Below are positions 27,147 to 37,729 of a DNA stretch of 64,000 bases, piece by piece. The position numbers and the translations under genes are program-made. This stretch comes from Hypanus sabinus (Eukaryota): NCBI RefSeq assembly GCF_030144855.1, contig NC_082714.1:95790001-95854000 (forward strand), given 5' to 3'. How positions within the stretch are numbered: position 1 is the first letter of the stretch; the number at the start of each line of letters is the position of its first letter. Below the pieces are notes generated by a model. The model saw nothing but the letters and a program-made list of their open reading frames with translations, did no database searches and had not been told where the DNA came from.

Positions 27147-28334
27147 TGAATCTTAAAATAGAATATCGACTCCGATGGTCCATTTTTTACCTTGGATAAT
27201 TTCACTCATAATCAAAACTGTCTGATTACACAATCCATGGACAACATCAAGGACTCTCCAATTCATGGAGGCCTTGAAGCTTGAGTGCATAGGTTGTGGA
27301 ATCGCTCCGTTTTGATTATGAGTGAAATTATTTATGTATCAGTCTCTCTGTCTGTCTGTCTGTCTGTATGTCCGTCTCTCTCTCTCATTATCGACCTATT
27401 TATTTATTATTGTCATTATTATTTACATCTAATTTCCCCAGCTTTCGTTTGTAAGACCTGAGGTACAGGTATATCCAAGCATGCACATTTGTGAATTTCT
27501 AAGAACATTCCGACGAATCTAGTGCTGTTCAGTATTGTGGCTTTCTGAAGATTTACAAAGATATTACTGAGTAGCTTTAATTGTTTAGTGTGACTGTGTT
27601 GGCATGACAACACTTGTAGAAACTACTATCGAGACAATGTTCTCCTTGTTCCTGTGCTGGTCTTTCAATTCCCTCTAGTAATGATAATAATAATAATAAT
27701 AATTATTATTATTGTATTTGCTTAGTTTGCCTACTCAGCGTTGATGCCTTGCCACACTTCATGTGTAGGTTTTCATCGATTCTTTTACAAATTTTGTTCT
27801 AATCGCTTTCAAAGATTCTACGATCGTTATCGTTATTATATATTTCTTTATAATGAAAATTATTGTTATCTGTTTTTCTATTTTAGCAGTCTGTTTTCTT
27901 TTGCACAACGAACCTTTGTCAGTCTTTCTGTGTAGTTTTTCATTGGTTCCGTTGTATGTCATTGTTGTACTGTGAATGCCTGCAAATTATGAAATTAAAC
28001 TATGAATTTTAACGATCAGCTTTATTTAAATCCTCACACAAAGGGAAAGTAACAACATGCTTATGTCGTGGATTTCCAAATGCAGGAACTGTGTCAGTAC
28101 ATTAATAAGTCTGTTCTGAAGACGGTTACAGGGGTATTGTGTAGAGAGTAGGCGAGCTCGTTCGCTGAACACACAATCGCTGCTACATCTTGCTAACTGC
28201 AACCGTCAATCGAACGTCTGATATCCAGCACAATCCCTTACCTAGATATTGATCAGAACGGATTGCCTTGGATCTTTGACATAACACAGCTAAACAGAAA
28301 TATTTTGAAGATAGAGATTAATCTTTTTACGATC

Positions 28335-28440
28335 ATGGAATTCGCAAACAGTAGATTCCAGAGAACAGGTGGTCAGTCTCCGCCCCCATCCTGCCTCTAC
28401 CCCCTCCCACTCATTAACATCTCCGGTTAATAAAGAGCCC
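28335..28440 (+). promoter_or_regulatory. Putative IgL promoter A (GC box, TATA-like TTAATAAAG)
   Basis: CCGCCCCC 28380-28387 and TTAATAAAG 28427-28435, 114 nt upstream of the ATG; same motifs and spacing in copy B. Confidence 0.55.
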
Positions 28441-28540
28441 GGGGTATCCAGTTTGCAGGCACCAGAACCGGAGCCGCTCCCGGTGTTTGCACAACAGCGC
28501 ACGGTTCGGTTGGACGTTAGGACGCTCGCTGACTGAAGGA

Positions 28541-28589
28541 ATGTCGCCAGTTCTGCATCTCCTGTGGGCTCTAATGGTCCAGTTACCAG
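28541..28589 (+). CDS. IgL cluster A leader exon (MSPVLHLLWALMVQLP-G), intact
   Basis: ATG at 28541, 49 nt (phase 1), hydrophobic signal peptide, donor GTGAG at 28590. Confidence 0.88.
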
Positions 28590-28734
28590 GTGAGAGGCGG
28601 GTTTGTTAACGCACGAATTATCTGCAAAGAAATTCGTTGAAGCTTTGAAAGCCATTCTTCTGCAAGTCTTCAGCAATTGGTAACACTTCTGATGGCTGCA
28701 AGTCACCTGTTTGCTTTATTGTGTATTATTGCAG

Positions 28735-29094
28735 GTATCCTGTCGGTCCCAGTCCTCAATCAGACATCAATGTCTGATCCTTTCTCCGCGGGACAGACTG
28801 CCAGCTTAGAGTGCCGGATACAGAACGGAAACGTTGCAAGTTACGATTTTGGTTGGGACCGACATCGTCCCGGGAAGAGACCGGAGGGGGTGATAACTCA
28901 GTGGACGAATAATAACATTTACAGAGGACCCGGCATCACTGAACGTTTCCAACCGTCCAGAGACACCTCCGCCAACAGTCACATCCTGACCATTCGCAGC
29001 TTGGAGCCCGGCGACTCGGCCGTCTAATACTGCAGAGTGTGGGGAAGTGGCGTGGGTTGGTTCTATGGACCGGGGACGATCCTGGAGATAAAGA
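28735..29094 (+). pseudogene. IgL cluster A germline-joined VJ exon with premature stop
   Basis: Acceptor TTGCAG ends 28734. Cys at 28812, Trp at 28854, DSAV*YC (TAA 29025-29027, Cys 29031), running directly into J-like WFYGPGTILEIK with no intervening RSS. Donor position reads GAAAGT (29095-29100). Confidence 0.93.
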
Positions 29095-30083
29095 GAAAGT
29101 AATCCTCTCGTTTTATATCAAATTATGCTTCCGACGGAATCCCCATTTCAATTGTGTTGCTCGATGGCTCTACACTGGCGCAAGTATCGTCTGTCTCTTC
29201 AAGGCAGAACCCGCACACTCAGCTCGGCATGATAGTCCGTTCAGATCCTCGGGCCAACACGATTGTTCAATTTTGTGAATTACTTCTACGTTTGGTTCAT
29301 CCATTGAAATTTTCAACACCAGGCAGCACAACTCGAAATTCCCCTCTTTTAACCCGTTAATCCCGTTGTCATTTTGAAAAAGCCTCCAATTTATCTGCCG
29401 CTCTCAACACTAAATTTAATGGAAGGTAATCGTCCAAACCAGTGTTAACTGGCATGATACGTTATAAACCAACGCTGTCGTAGTTTGTGGCAGGGAAATG
29501 CGTCAGTATTGTCAAATACAATGAAGGATAGTAATAGACATTGAAGATGTCACACAGAAAACACGCTCATCCCGCTGACCCTTTCTGTATCTTCCCCATT
29601 TCGTGCTGCCTTATTGGACGGGGAGATATCGATATCCCCATTGCCACTCCAATCCCGGGGCGACCCCCTCTGTCAACAGCTAAAGCTGAAATAATAGATG
29701 GAATTTAGATTTTGGAATTTCTGGGTGTCTTCCCCCAACCCACTCACCCCACACTCTACACTGTCCCCCCCCACCACCAGGTTCCTCCTTCAGCAAAGAG
29801 AATGAAAGAGACGGCATCAAATGTTTGAAAATTATCAGACCTGACCTGAGGGTGGCAGCAATTTACCAGTTCCAGGCCTGTGGAATGGGCAACAATTCCA
29901 TGACAGCGTCTGTCAATGTGTCGAAAGGTCGCATTCCGTACCCAACTTTTCTCTGATTGTTTGTATAGTTGGTGCATTGTAATCATGGTCTGACGGGAGT
30001 TCGGTCAGTGTGTGGCTCTATTTAGGAAATGCACAGGTTAATGATGATTTTTTTCTCGTCTTCCCACCACCTTTCTCACACAG

Positions 30084-30631
30084 GTAGCGAGAGCAGAAAG
30101 CCCTCTGTTCTCTTGCTGCCTCCTTCCTCGGAGGAGACCGGCTCGGGATTTGCCACTCTACCCTGCCTCGTGAGCGGTTTTAAACCTGGATTGGTCGCGC
30201 TGCGCTGGAGCGTGAATGGCGTGGAGACAGACAGTGGCGTGACGACTGGCGCCGCGTCCCTGGACACCGACCAGACCTACAGACTGAGCAGTTACCTGCG
30301 GGTACCCGGCGCTGCCTGGAACAAGGGCTCGAGCTATTCCTGCAGCGTGAGCCACAGTTCGCTGAGCTCGCCGCTGCGCAACACCATCTCTTCGTCCGCC
30401 TGTGGGCAGTGTGGCCCCGCCGGGTGGCAGCTCACCAACGCAGTGAAACCCGCACTGGGGCTGTGCAGCCGCCTTCTGCAATGCAATTCTGTAGCAAATG
30501 TCCGTTCCTGGGAACTAATAAAATGTTTAATAAATTTAGAAATGTATGTTTTGATCACCCATCGTTTGCGACGCGTAATCTTATTTAGAATGTTTCTCTC
30601 TATGCTGTGTCTGAATTTCTGCTGTTTGTAG
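30084..30631 (+). CDS. IgL cluster A constant exon (C1-set); domain intact but stop codon lost, giving a 73-aa read-through
   Basis: Acceptor CACACAG ends 30083. ATLPCLVSGF..W..YSCSVSH..SSSAC motifs. TGT at 30410-30412 aligns with TGA of cluster B; next stop at 30629-30631. Confidence 0.92.
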
Positions 30632-30702
30632 AATGAGGAGAAATTGATCAGGAGACGGTGACTATTGTGATTGAGTTTTGCAACATAATATAATTTGCAC
30701 TT

Positions 30703-30708
30703 AATAAA
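30703..30708 (+). terminator. Poly(A) signal of cluster A (distal; proximal AATAAA at 30517 and 30529)
   Basis: AATAAA conserved in B, followed by a conserved T/GT-rich block. Confidence 0.55.
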
Positions 30709-31514
30709 GAGCAAATTCCGCGGCGGGTTTACAGTAGATCTCTCTTTACTCGACTGCTCTTTGTGCCTCGAATGTATGAGTGGCGAGTAACATGACGTGC
30801 TTGAACTACCGTATATAGACTTTCAGTCAAGCCAGTTTAAACGGCTTATCCGCCCCATCTTATGAACGCCGATCTCTGTGTACTCGATCTTCCAGGACCA
30901 ATAATCAACGTTATTCACCACATACAATGCAATGCATTAGGAATTTGTTGTGTTGCGTTGGCGTGACATGTAAGGAAACATTCAAGAATTATAAAGAATA
31001 ATTTTATAAAATTAAAATTAGAAATTAAATTCAGTACGTGAATAAAATATGCACAAATACACAAATAACAGCATCTATGTACAATGCTGGCAACATTACA
31101 GGGTTTAAAGTATTTACAGTGCAGTGCAGTGCAGTTACTGAAGTAATAGATAGAGATGTGGGGGTTATTACAAATATTTGATCAGATTAATAGCCTGGAG
31201 AAGCAACACAAACAAAATGATGGTGGAAACCTCCAGCTCCGGCTGGATCTATAGAAACTCTCCGATCGAGACTTCGACCTACTCATTCCTTCCATTAGAT
31301 GCTCCTTGACCTAATAAGTTCCTCCAGCATTTTGTATCAGCTACTCCGAATTTCCAGCATCCGCAGAATTATTTAATGCCTGGGGGATGAAACTTTTAAG
31401 ATGCTTAAGATGGCATGATATATTTGCTTGTATAGCCTATAACACTTTTCACAACGGCTTTCTGTAAAAAGGCAGTTGGCAAGATGGAGAGTGTCTGCAA
31501 TGATTTTCCTGCTC

Positions 31515-31702
31515 GCTTCTGTGTCCGGGATACATACTGTGTACTGTGCTTCTGTGTCCGGGATACATACTGTGTACTGTGCTTCTGTGTCCGGGATACA
31601 TACTGTGTACTGTGCTTCTGTGTCCGGGATACATACTGTGTACTGTGCTTCTGTATCCGGGATACATACTGTGTACTGTGCTTCTGTGTCCGGGATACAT
31701 AC
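31515..31702. repeat. 33-bp minisatellite, about 5.7 units
   Basis: GCTTCTGTGTCCGGGATACATACTGTGTACTGT x5 plus a 23-nt partial unit; one variant base in unit 5. Confidence 0.97.
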
Positions 31703-32299
31703 AAGTCCTCCAGTGATGACCGCCTGCAGCCAATGACACCTTCGGTTCATCTGGCAGTTCGCTGTAGATTTTGTATTTTGTGAGGGGATGCTGCTCCAAA
31801 CCAGAGTGTAATGGCTGATGTGAGGATACTCTCTAGTTTAGCAGTTTAGAATTGCAGCCTTATCATCTCTCACCTCCCGTCATCACCTGTTCCTTTGCTG
31901 ATCAACTTTCCAACCCACCCCACATAATTGTTTATCCGGCTCATCCTTAACCATCCACTTGCTCTGCGCCTCAACCCCTCCCTCACTGCATCGTGTTCAG
32001 ATATTCTCCGCTCTCTGAGCAATCCCGGACCTCCCACCAGGAAGTAGTACACTGCAAAGATTTTTCCCGTGTCCTGAGCGTTCCCATCTTGTAAGTTACA
32101 GATTCGCTTAATCAATTCACCCATAAGTCTTAAAGCTTCAAACGCCCACTAATCTACCACTTTTAAATACCGTAAATCTCGTGGATGTAGGTGGGATGAG
32201 TGTTAATGCAAAAAGACAATTTAACCTGACTGCATCCGATGGAAAGTGTCCCTATTGAGACTCACGGTCTAGTTCCGTGCACGGGAACAGGGAGGCAAG

Positions 32300-32930
32300 C
32301 AAAGCAGTTCGGGGCGTGGAGTTGTTGATTAAAGATAGTGTCATGGCTGCAGAAGAGTCATGGAGGGGTGGTCTACTGAGGCTCTGAGGGTGGAAGTTAG
32401 AAACAGGAACGGGTCAATAATTCTGCTGGGGTTTTCTGCGGAACACCGGACAGTAACAGGGACATTGAGGAACAGATTCTTGAAAATTGTAAGAATAACA
32501 GTGTTGTAGTGGTAGGAGATTTTAATTTCCCAAATATTGTTTAGCATCTCAGTTGAGCGAGGGGTTTAGGTGGGGTGGCGTTTGTTAGGTTGTTCAGGAA
32601 TCTTTCCTAACACAATGTATAGATAGGCCTACAAGAGGAGAGGCTGGACTTGATCTGGTATTGGGAAATGAACCTGGTCAGATGTCAGGCCTCAAGTGGG
32701 AGAGCATTTTGGAAATGTGATCATAATACTATCTTCTTTACCCTAACATTGGAGAGGGATGGGAACAGACAAGTTAGGAAAGCGTTTAATTGGAGCGAGG
32801 GGAAATATGAAGCTATCAGACAGGAACTTGGGAACATAAATTGGAAAGAGATGTTCTCTGGGAAATGCACAGTAGAAATGTCGCAAATGTTCAGGGAATA
32901 TTATAATGGTTAGTCAAATATAATGGCAAA
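32300..32930 (+). mobile_element. CR1 endonuclease-region fragment
   Basis: EALRVEVRNRNGSIILLG and VVVVGDFNFP-like motifs. Confidence 0.75.
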
Positions 32931-34039
32931 ATAGATTGTGAATGGTAAGACACTAGCAAGTGTGGTGGATCCGAGAGATCTTGGGGTCAAATTATTCCTG
33001 CAGCGTTAGCCACAGCTCACTGAGCTCGCCTCTGCGCAATAGAGGCAATATTGCGCCAGTTGGCAGCTCATGCAGATTGTTCGCTCCTGTATAATGTTAT
33101 GATACCTCATTTAGTTTGTGCAGGTTGCTTATCCAATGTAATGGTATAGTAATATCTCTTTCTGGACCAAGGACAATGTTGAATAATTTCAGTAATGTCT
33201 GTTTCGATTGTCCTTTGCTCGCAACATATAATTCCGTGTAGAATTTTTCCTACTATGCCGTTCCTGAATTTCTGTTGAGTGTAGTCTGGGGAGAAGCTCC
33301 CTGTTATTGGGGACCGTGGTACAATTGTATTTTGTGTAACACAGTTCATAATAACAAAGCTACACAGCGGCAGGTTTACAGTATTCTGTCTTTATTTAGC
33401 TACTCAACGTATATTGAATGAATTTGCAGCGAGTAACATGGCGCTGATGGGCCACTTACTGTCAAATCACCTCTTATTCTGTCGATCCCCGTCAATGTCG
33501 ATCTTTCCGTTCTCCATCAGATTTCTCTCTGTGAAAGGATCAAGCATCAACCTTCACTCGTCATATTCAGTTAAGTGCATTGGAAATATTCTGTTATCTG
33601 TTGGCGTGACACGCAACAGAAACATAATCCATTCAAAATTATAAAGAATAAAAAATCGCATATTATAAACTAAGAGGTTAAAGTACGTGTATAGAATAAA
33701 ATGTACACAACTGCATAAAACCAGCAATGTAAACAGCAATAGAAAAAGGTTTTTTAAGTGTGTACAGTGCAGTGCAGTGAATTGGATAATAGTCAAAGGG
33801 GGTATAAAATGGTTGATCAGTAACTATCTGATAGAATAACTCATAAAATTCAAGAAGAATTCAGCAGGTCAGGCAGCACCTATGAAAAAAAACTTCGAAA
33901 ATAGAGCTTAGAACAGTATGCAATAAAAAACATTCGCCCCACAATCTTGTAATGAACCAGCTAATACGTAAATTAAAAATACCTTAACACGACTCCCTCC
34001 GACCTATGCAATGACCAAGTACCCCCATCTTTCTTATAT

Positions 34040-35330
34040 CCATGTGCCTATCTAAACGTCTCTTCACCACCTCTAATGTATTTGCCTCTATCACGTTACC
34101 AGGCAGTGCCTACCAGGCATTCTCCACTCTCTTAGTGAATATTTTACCCCTCACATCCCCTTTGAACCTACTCCCTCTCAACTTCAATGCATGACCTCTG
34201 CTATTAGAAATTTATATCCTGGAGACTAATACTGTACTTCCTGTCTACTCCACCTATGTTTCTCAATAATTTATAAATGTCTATCACGTCTCCGCTCAGC
34301 CACCACCGCTCCTGAGAAAGCCACCGAAGTTTATCCAGCCTCTCATGATAGCACTTGCACTCTATACAAGGCATCATCCTGGTAAACCTCTTCTGCATCT
34401 TCTCCAAAGCTTCAAAATCCTCCATGTAAAGGGGCGCCCAGAACTGTATGAAATACTCCAGATGTGGCCTAACCAGAGTTTTACAAAATTAGAACAAAAC
34501 CTCTTGACTTTTGAACTCAATGCCTCGACTAACAAAAGCAAGAATACCACAACCCTTTTAAACCATCTTATCGACCTTTGTAGTCAATCTAAGAAGCAAC
34601 CAGCATGGATCAAAAGATCTCCCTGTTCAACAACACAAGGATATTGCTCTTAACAGTGTACTGTCTCATTGCATCTGCCCTAAAAGGATGCACCACTTCA
34701 TAAAATGGTCCATCTACCATTTCCCTGCCTATGTCTGCAACTGATCTGCATTGCTCTGTGTTCTGTGCCAGTCTTTTGCACTATCCAGAACTCCACCAAT
34801 CGTGGTATCATCTGCAAATGTACTAACCCAAACATCTACATTTTCATCCTGATAATTGGTTGCCATCCAATTCAAGTGCAACCTGTCACTCTTGGCCAAG
34901 TCACCCCTTCCACAGAAAAGGTCCCAATGATCCAAGAACTTGAAACTCTATGTCCTGCAGAAATCACCTGATCCACTCACTCATCTGTGCTATTACCCTA
35001 TTCCTAACTGCGCGAACCCGTGACACTTGGATTAATCCAGAGACTGCTACCTTGGATGTCCTAGTAACTCCATGTACTCACTGCGTAGGATTCCTTCATA
35101 TTTCCTGCCTATACCATTGGTGCTAATACCATGACGTCTGGCTGTTCACCCTCCCCACTGAGAATATCCTGCAGCCGCTCTGATACATCCTGGACCCTCG
35201 CACCCGGGAGAAAACACACCATACTACTGTCCCCTTTGCGTAATAGAATCTCGTTTCTGTCCCCCTAACTACTGAGTATACTATAACTACAGCACTGACT
35301 GAATTTACCCTTCCCTGTTGAGCCAAACAG
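34040..35330 (-). mobile_element. CR1 relic (ORF1 esterase joined to ORF2 3' part)
   Basis: AVVIVYSVVRGTETRF (esterase) at about 35300; FADDTTIGGV and EALEKMQKRFTRMMP further along the minus strand. Confidence 0.78.
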
Positions 35331-35379
35331 TTACCGTTTCGGGCCGAGACACTAGTCTTGGATTCCTTGGGGGAGGGAG

Positions 35380-35670
35380 TGTGGTGACCAAACAGGAAAG
35401 TCACAGTGGTTAGGTTTCGAGAATGGAGGGAACATGGAAGAAGAGGTACGCTGTGATGATAAGGAATTCCTTGGTTAGGAAAACGGACAGGCGGTTCTTT
35501 GGGACAGAACGGGATTCCCGAATGGTATGTTGCCAAACGGGTGCCAGGGCCTGGGTTATCTCGGACCGAGTATTCAGCATTCTGAAGTGGGAGGGTGAAC
35601 AGGCAGAGATTGTGGTCAATGTAGGTACCAATGACATAGGTAGGACGAGTGACGAGGTTCTGCATACAGA
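35380..35670 (+). mobile_element. CR1 ORF1 esterase fragment
   Basis: SLVRKTDRRFFG..DSRMVCC..GARA..VVNVGTNDIGR. Confidence 0.8.
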
Positions 35671-35671
35671 A

Positions 35672-37505
35672 CTATACAGAATAAGCTGCATCCCACGTTT
35701 TGAATTTTTTCAATGATTTTAAGTTCCCTGGCCCCCACCGCCTTATTTTCACCATGGACGTCCAGTCCCTATATACCTCCATCCCCCACCGGGACGGTCT
35801 CAAAGCTCTTCGCATCTTTTTGGATTCCAGACCTAACCAATTCCCCTCGACCACCACTCTCCTCCGTCTAGCGGAATTAGTTCTTACTCTCAATAATTTC
35901 TCGTTTGGCTCCTCCCACTTCCTCCAAAACAAGAGTGTAGCCATGGGCACCCGCATGGGTCCCAGTTATGCCTGCCTTTTGTTGGCTTTGTGGAACAGTC
36001 CATGTATCCGTCCCCCTCTTTTCTTTCGTTACATCAACGACTGCATTGGCGCTGCCTCCTGTACGCATGCTGAGCTTGTTGACTTCATTAACTTTGCCTC
36101 CAGCTTTCACCCTGCCCTCAAATTTACCTGGTCCATTTCAGACATCTCCCTTCCCTTTCTTGATCTTTCTTTCTTCATCTCCGGAGACGGCTTATCTACT
36201 GATATCTATTATAAGCCTACGGACTCTCATAGCTAACTGGACTATTCCTCTTCCCACTCTGTCTCTTGCAAAAATGCTATCACCTTCTCACAATTCCGCC
36301 GTCTCCGCCGCATCTGCTCTCAGGATGAGGCTTTTCATTCCAGGACGAAGGAGATATTTTCCTTTTTTAAACAAAGGGGCTTCCCTTCTTCCACCATCAA
36401 CTCTGCTCTCAAACGCATCTCTCCCATTTCCCGCACATCTGCCCGCACCCCATCCGCACTCCACCCCACTCGGGATAGGGTTCCCCTTGTCCTCACCTAC
36501 CACCCCACCAGCCTCCAGGTCCAACGCATAATTCACCGTAACTTCCGCCACCTCCAACGGGATCCCACTGCCAAGCACATCTTTCCCTCTCCCTTCTTTC
36601 TGCTTTCCACAGGGATCGCTCCCTACGTGGATCCATTGTACACTCGTCCCCCCATCCCTTCCCACCGATCTCCATCCTGGCTCTTATCCTTGTAAGCGGA
36701 ACAAGTGCTACACTTGCCCTTACACTTCCTCCCTCACCACCACTCAGGGCTCCAGACAGTCCTTCTAGGTGAGGCGACTCTTCACCTGTGAGTCGGCCGG
36801 TGTGGTATACTGCATCCGGTGCTCCCGGTGTGGTCTTTTATATATTGGTGAGACCCGACGCAGTCTGGGAGACCGTTTCGCTGAACACCTACGCTCGGTC
36901 TGCCAGTGAAAGCAGGATCTCCCAATGGCCACACATTTTAATTCCACGACCCTTTCCCAATCTGACATGTCTATCCATGGCCTCCTCTATTGCCAAATTT
37001 TTCCAAACTCAGGTTGGAGGAAGAACACCTTATATACCAGTTGGGTAGCCTCCAACCTGATGGGATTAACTTCCGTTAATGCCCCTCCTCACCTTTTACC
37101 CCATCCCTGACATATTTAGTTGTTTGTATTTTTTTTTACTCTCTCTCTCTGCCCAACACTCTGCCTGTTCTCCATCTCCCTGTGGTGCCCCGCCTCCCCA
37201 TTTCTGTCTCCCGAGGCCTCCCGTCCCATGATCCTTTCCCTTCTCTCCCTCGGTATCACTTTCGCCAATCACCTTTCCAGCTCTTAGCTTCACCCCACCC
37301 CCTCCGGTCTTATCCTATCATTTCGCATTTCCCCCTCCCCCCACTACTTTCAAATCTCTTACCTTTCAGTTAGTCCTGACGAAGAGTCTCGGCCCGAAAC
37401 GTCGACAGTGTTTCTCCTTATAGATGCTGCCTGGCCTGCTGCGTTCCACTCAGCATTTTGTGTGTGTTGTTTGAATTTCCAGCATCTGCAGATTTCCTCG
37501 TGTTT
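35672..37505 (+). mobile_element. Penelope-like retroelement, 5'-truncated (RT + GIY-YIG endonuclease + terminal repeat)
   Basis: FTMDVQSLYTSIPH..AMGTRMGPSYA..FFRYIND (RT) at 35700-36236; VVYCIRCSRCGLLYIGETRRSLGDRFAEH (GIY-YIG) at about 36800-36900; terminal repeat with hammerhead motif. Confidence 0.9.
37372..37407 (+). ncRNA. Minimal type I hammerhead ribozyme motif (one helix II mismatch)
   Basis: AGTC-CTGACGA-A-GAGTCTCGGCCC-GAAAC-GTC-GACA. Confidence 0.7.
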
Positions 37506-37729
37506 GTAGTACAGTTGCAGAATTACAAGTGTAATATTTTAGGCATCACTGAATCATGGCTGAAATATTATAGCTGGAAGCTTAATGTTCAAGGATACAC
37601 ATTGTATCGCAAAAAACACAGGAAGACAGAGGGGGTTGGCCTTCCTCTGTTGCTAAACAAATAATATAAAATTATTCGAAAGAGATGACAAGCTGTAAGG
37701 TCAATGAGGGGAGTTTCGACACAGGAATT

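Larger units (their letters stand above)
28541..30631 (+). pseudogene. Ig light-chain cluster A (leader - germline-joined VJ - C), type I/sigma-cart-like, apparently inactivated
   Basis: Leader, VJ and C exons with AG acceptors in compatible phase. V starts VPVLNQT and C starts SESRKPSVLLLPPS, as I recall for skate type I light chains. Lesions: TAA at 29025-29027, J donor GAAAGT instead of GTAAGT, C stop changed to TGT. Confidence 0.92.
18540..32290 (+). repeat. Segmental duplication copy A
   Basis: Colinear similarity to about 43950-59170, e.g. 18730/44135, 19380/44753, 20410/45808, 24330/52670, 26300/53690, 28000/55385, 32240/59100. Confidence 0.9.

Noticed and set aside
29099-29104. Alternative J donor GTAATC in cluster A
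   Set aside because: It is 4 nt downstream, so it would splice out of frame, and the V stop lies upstream anyway.
30410-30412. TGT/TGA pair at paralogous codons as a Cys/selenocysteine signature
   Set aside because: TGA in B falls at the normal light-chain end (just after the terminal Cys), I see no SECIS-like element, and downstream substitutions look neutral.
30158-30714. Long antisense ORFs over the C exons (also 56962-57755)
   Set aside because: Shadows of GC-rich coding sequence shared by duplication; no recognisable protein.
31515-31702. Regular 33-bp repeats resembling a CRISPR array
   Set aside because: Units are head to tail with no unique spacers, there are no cas genes, and the DNA is vertebrate; it is a minisatellite.
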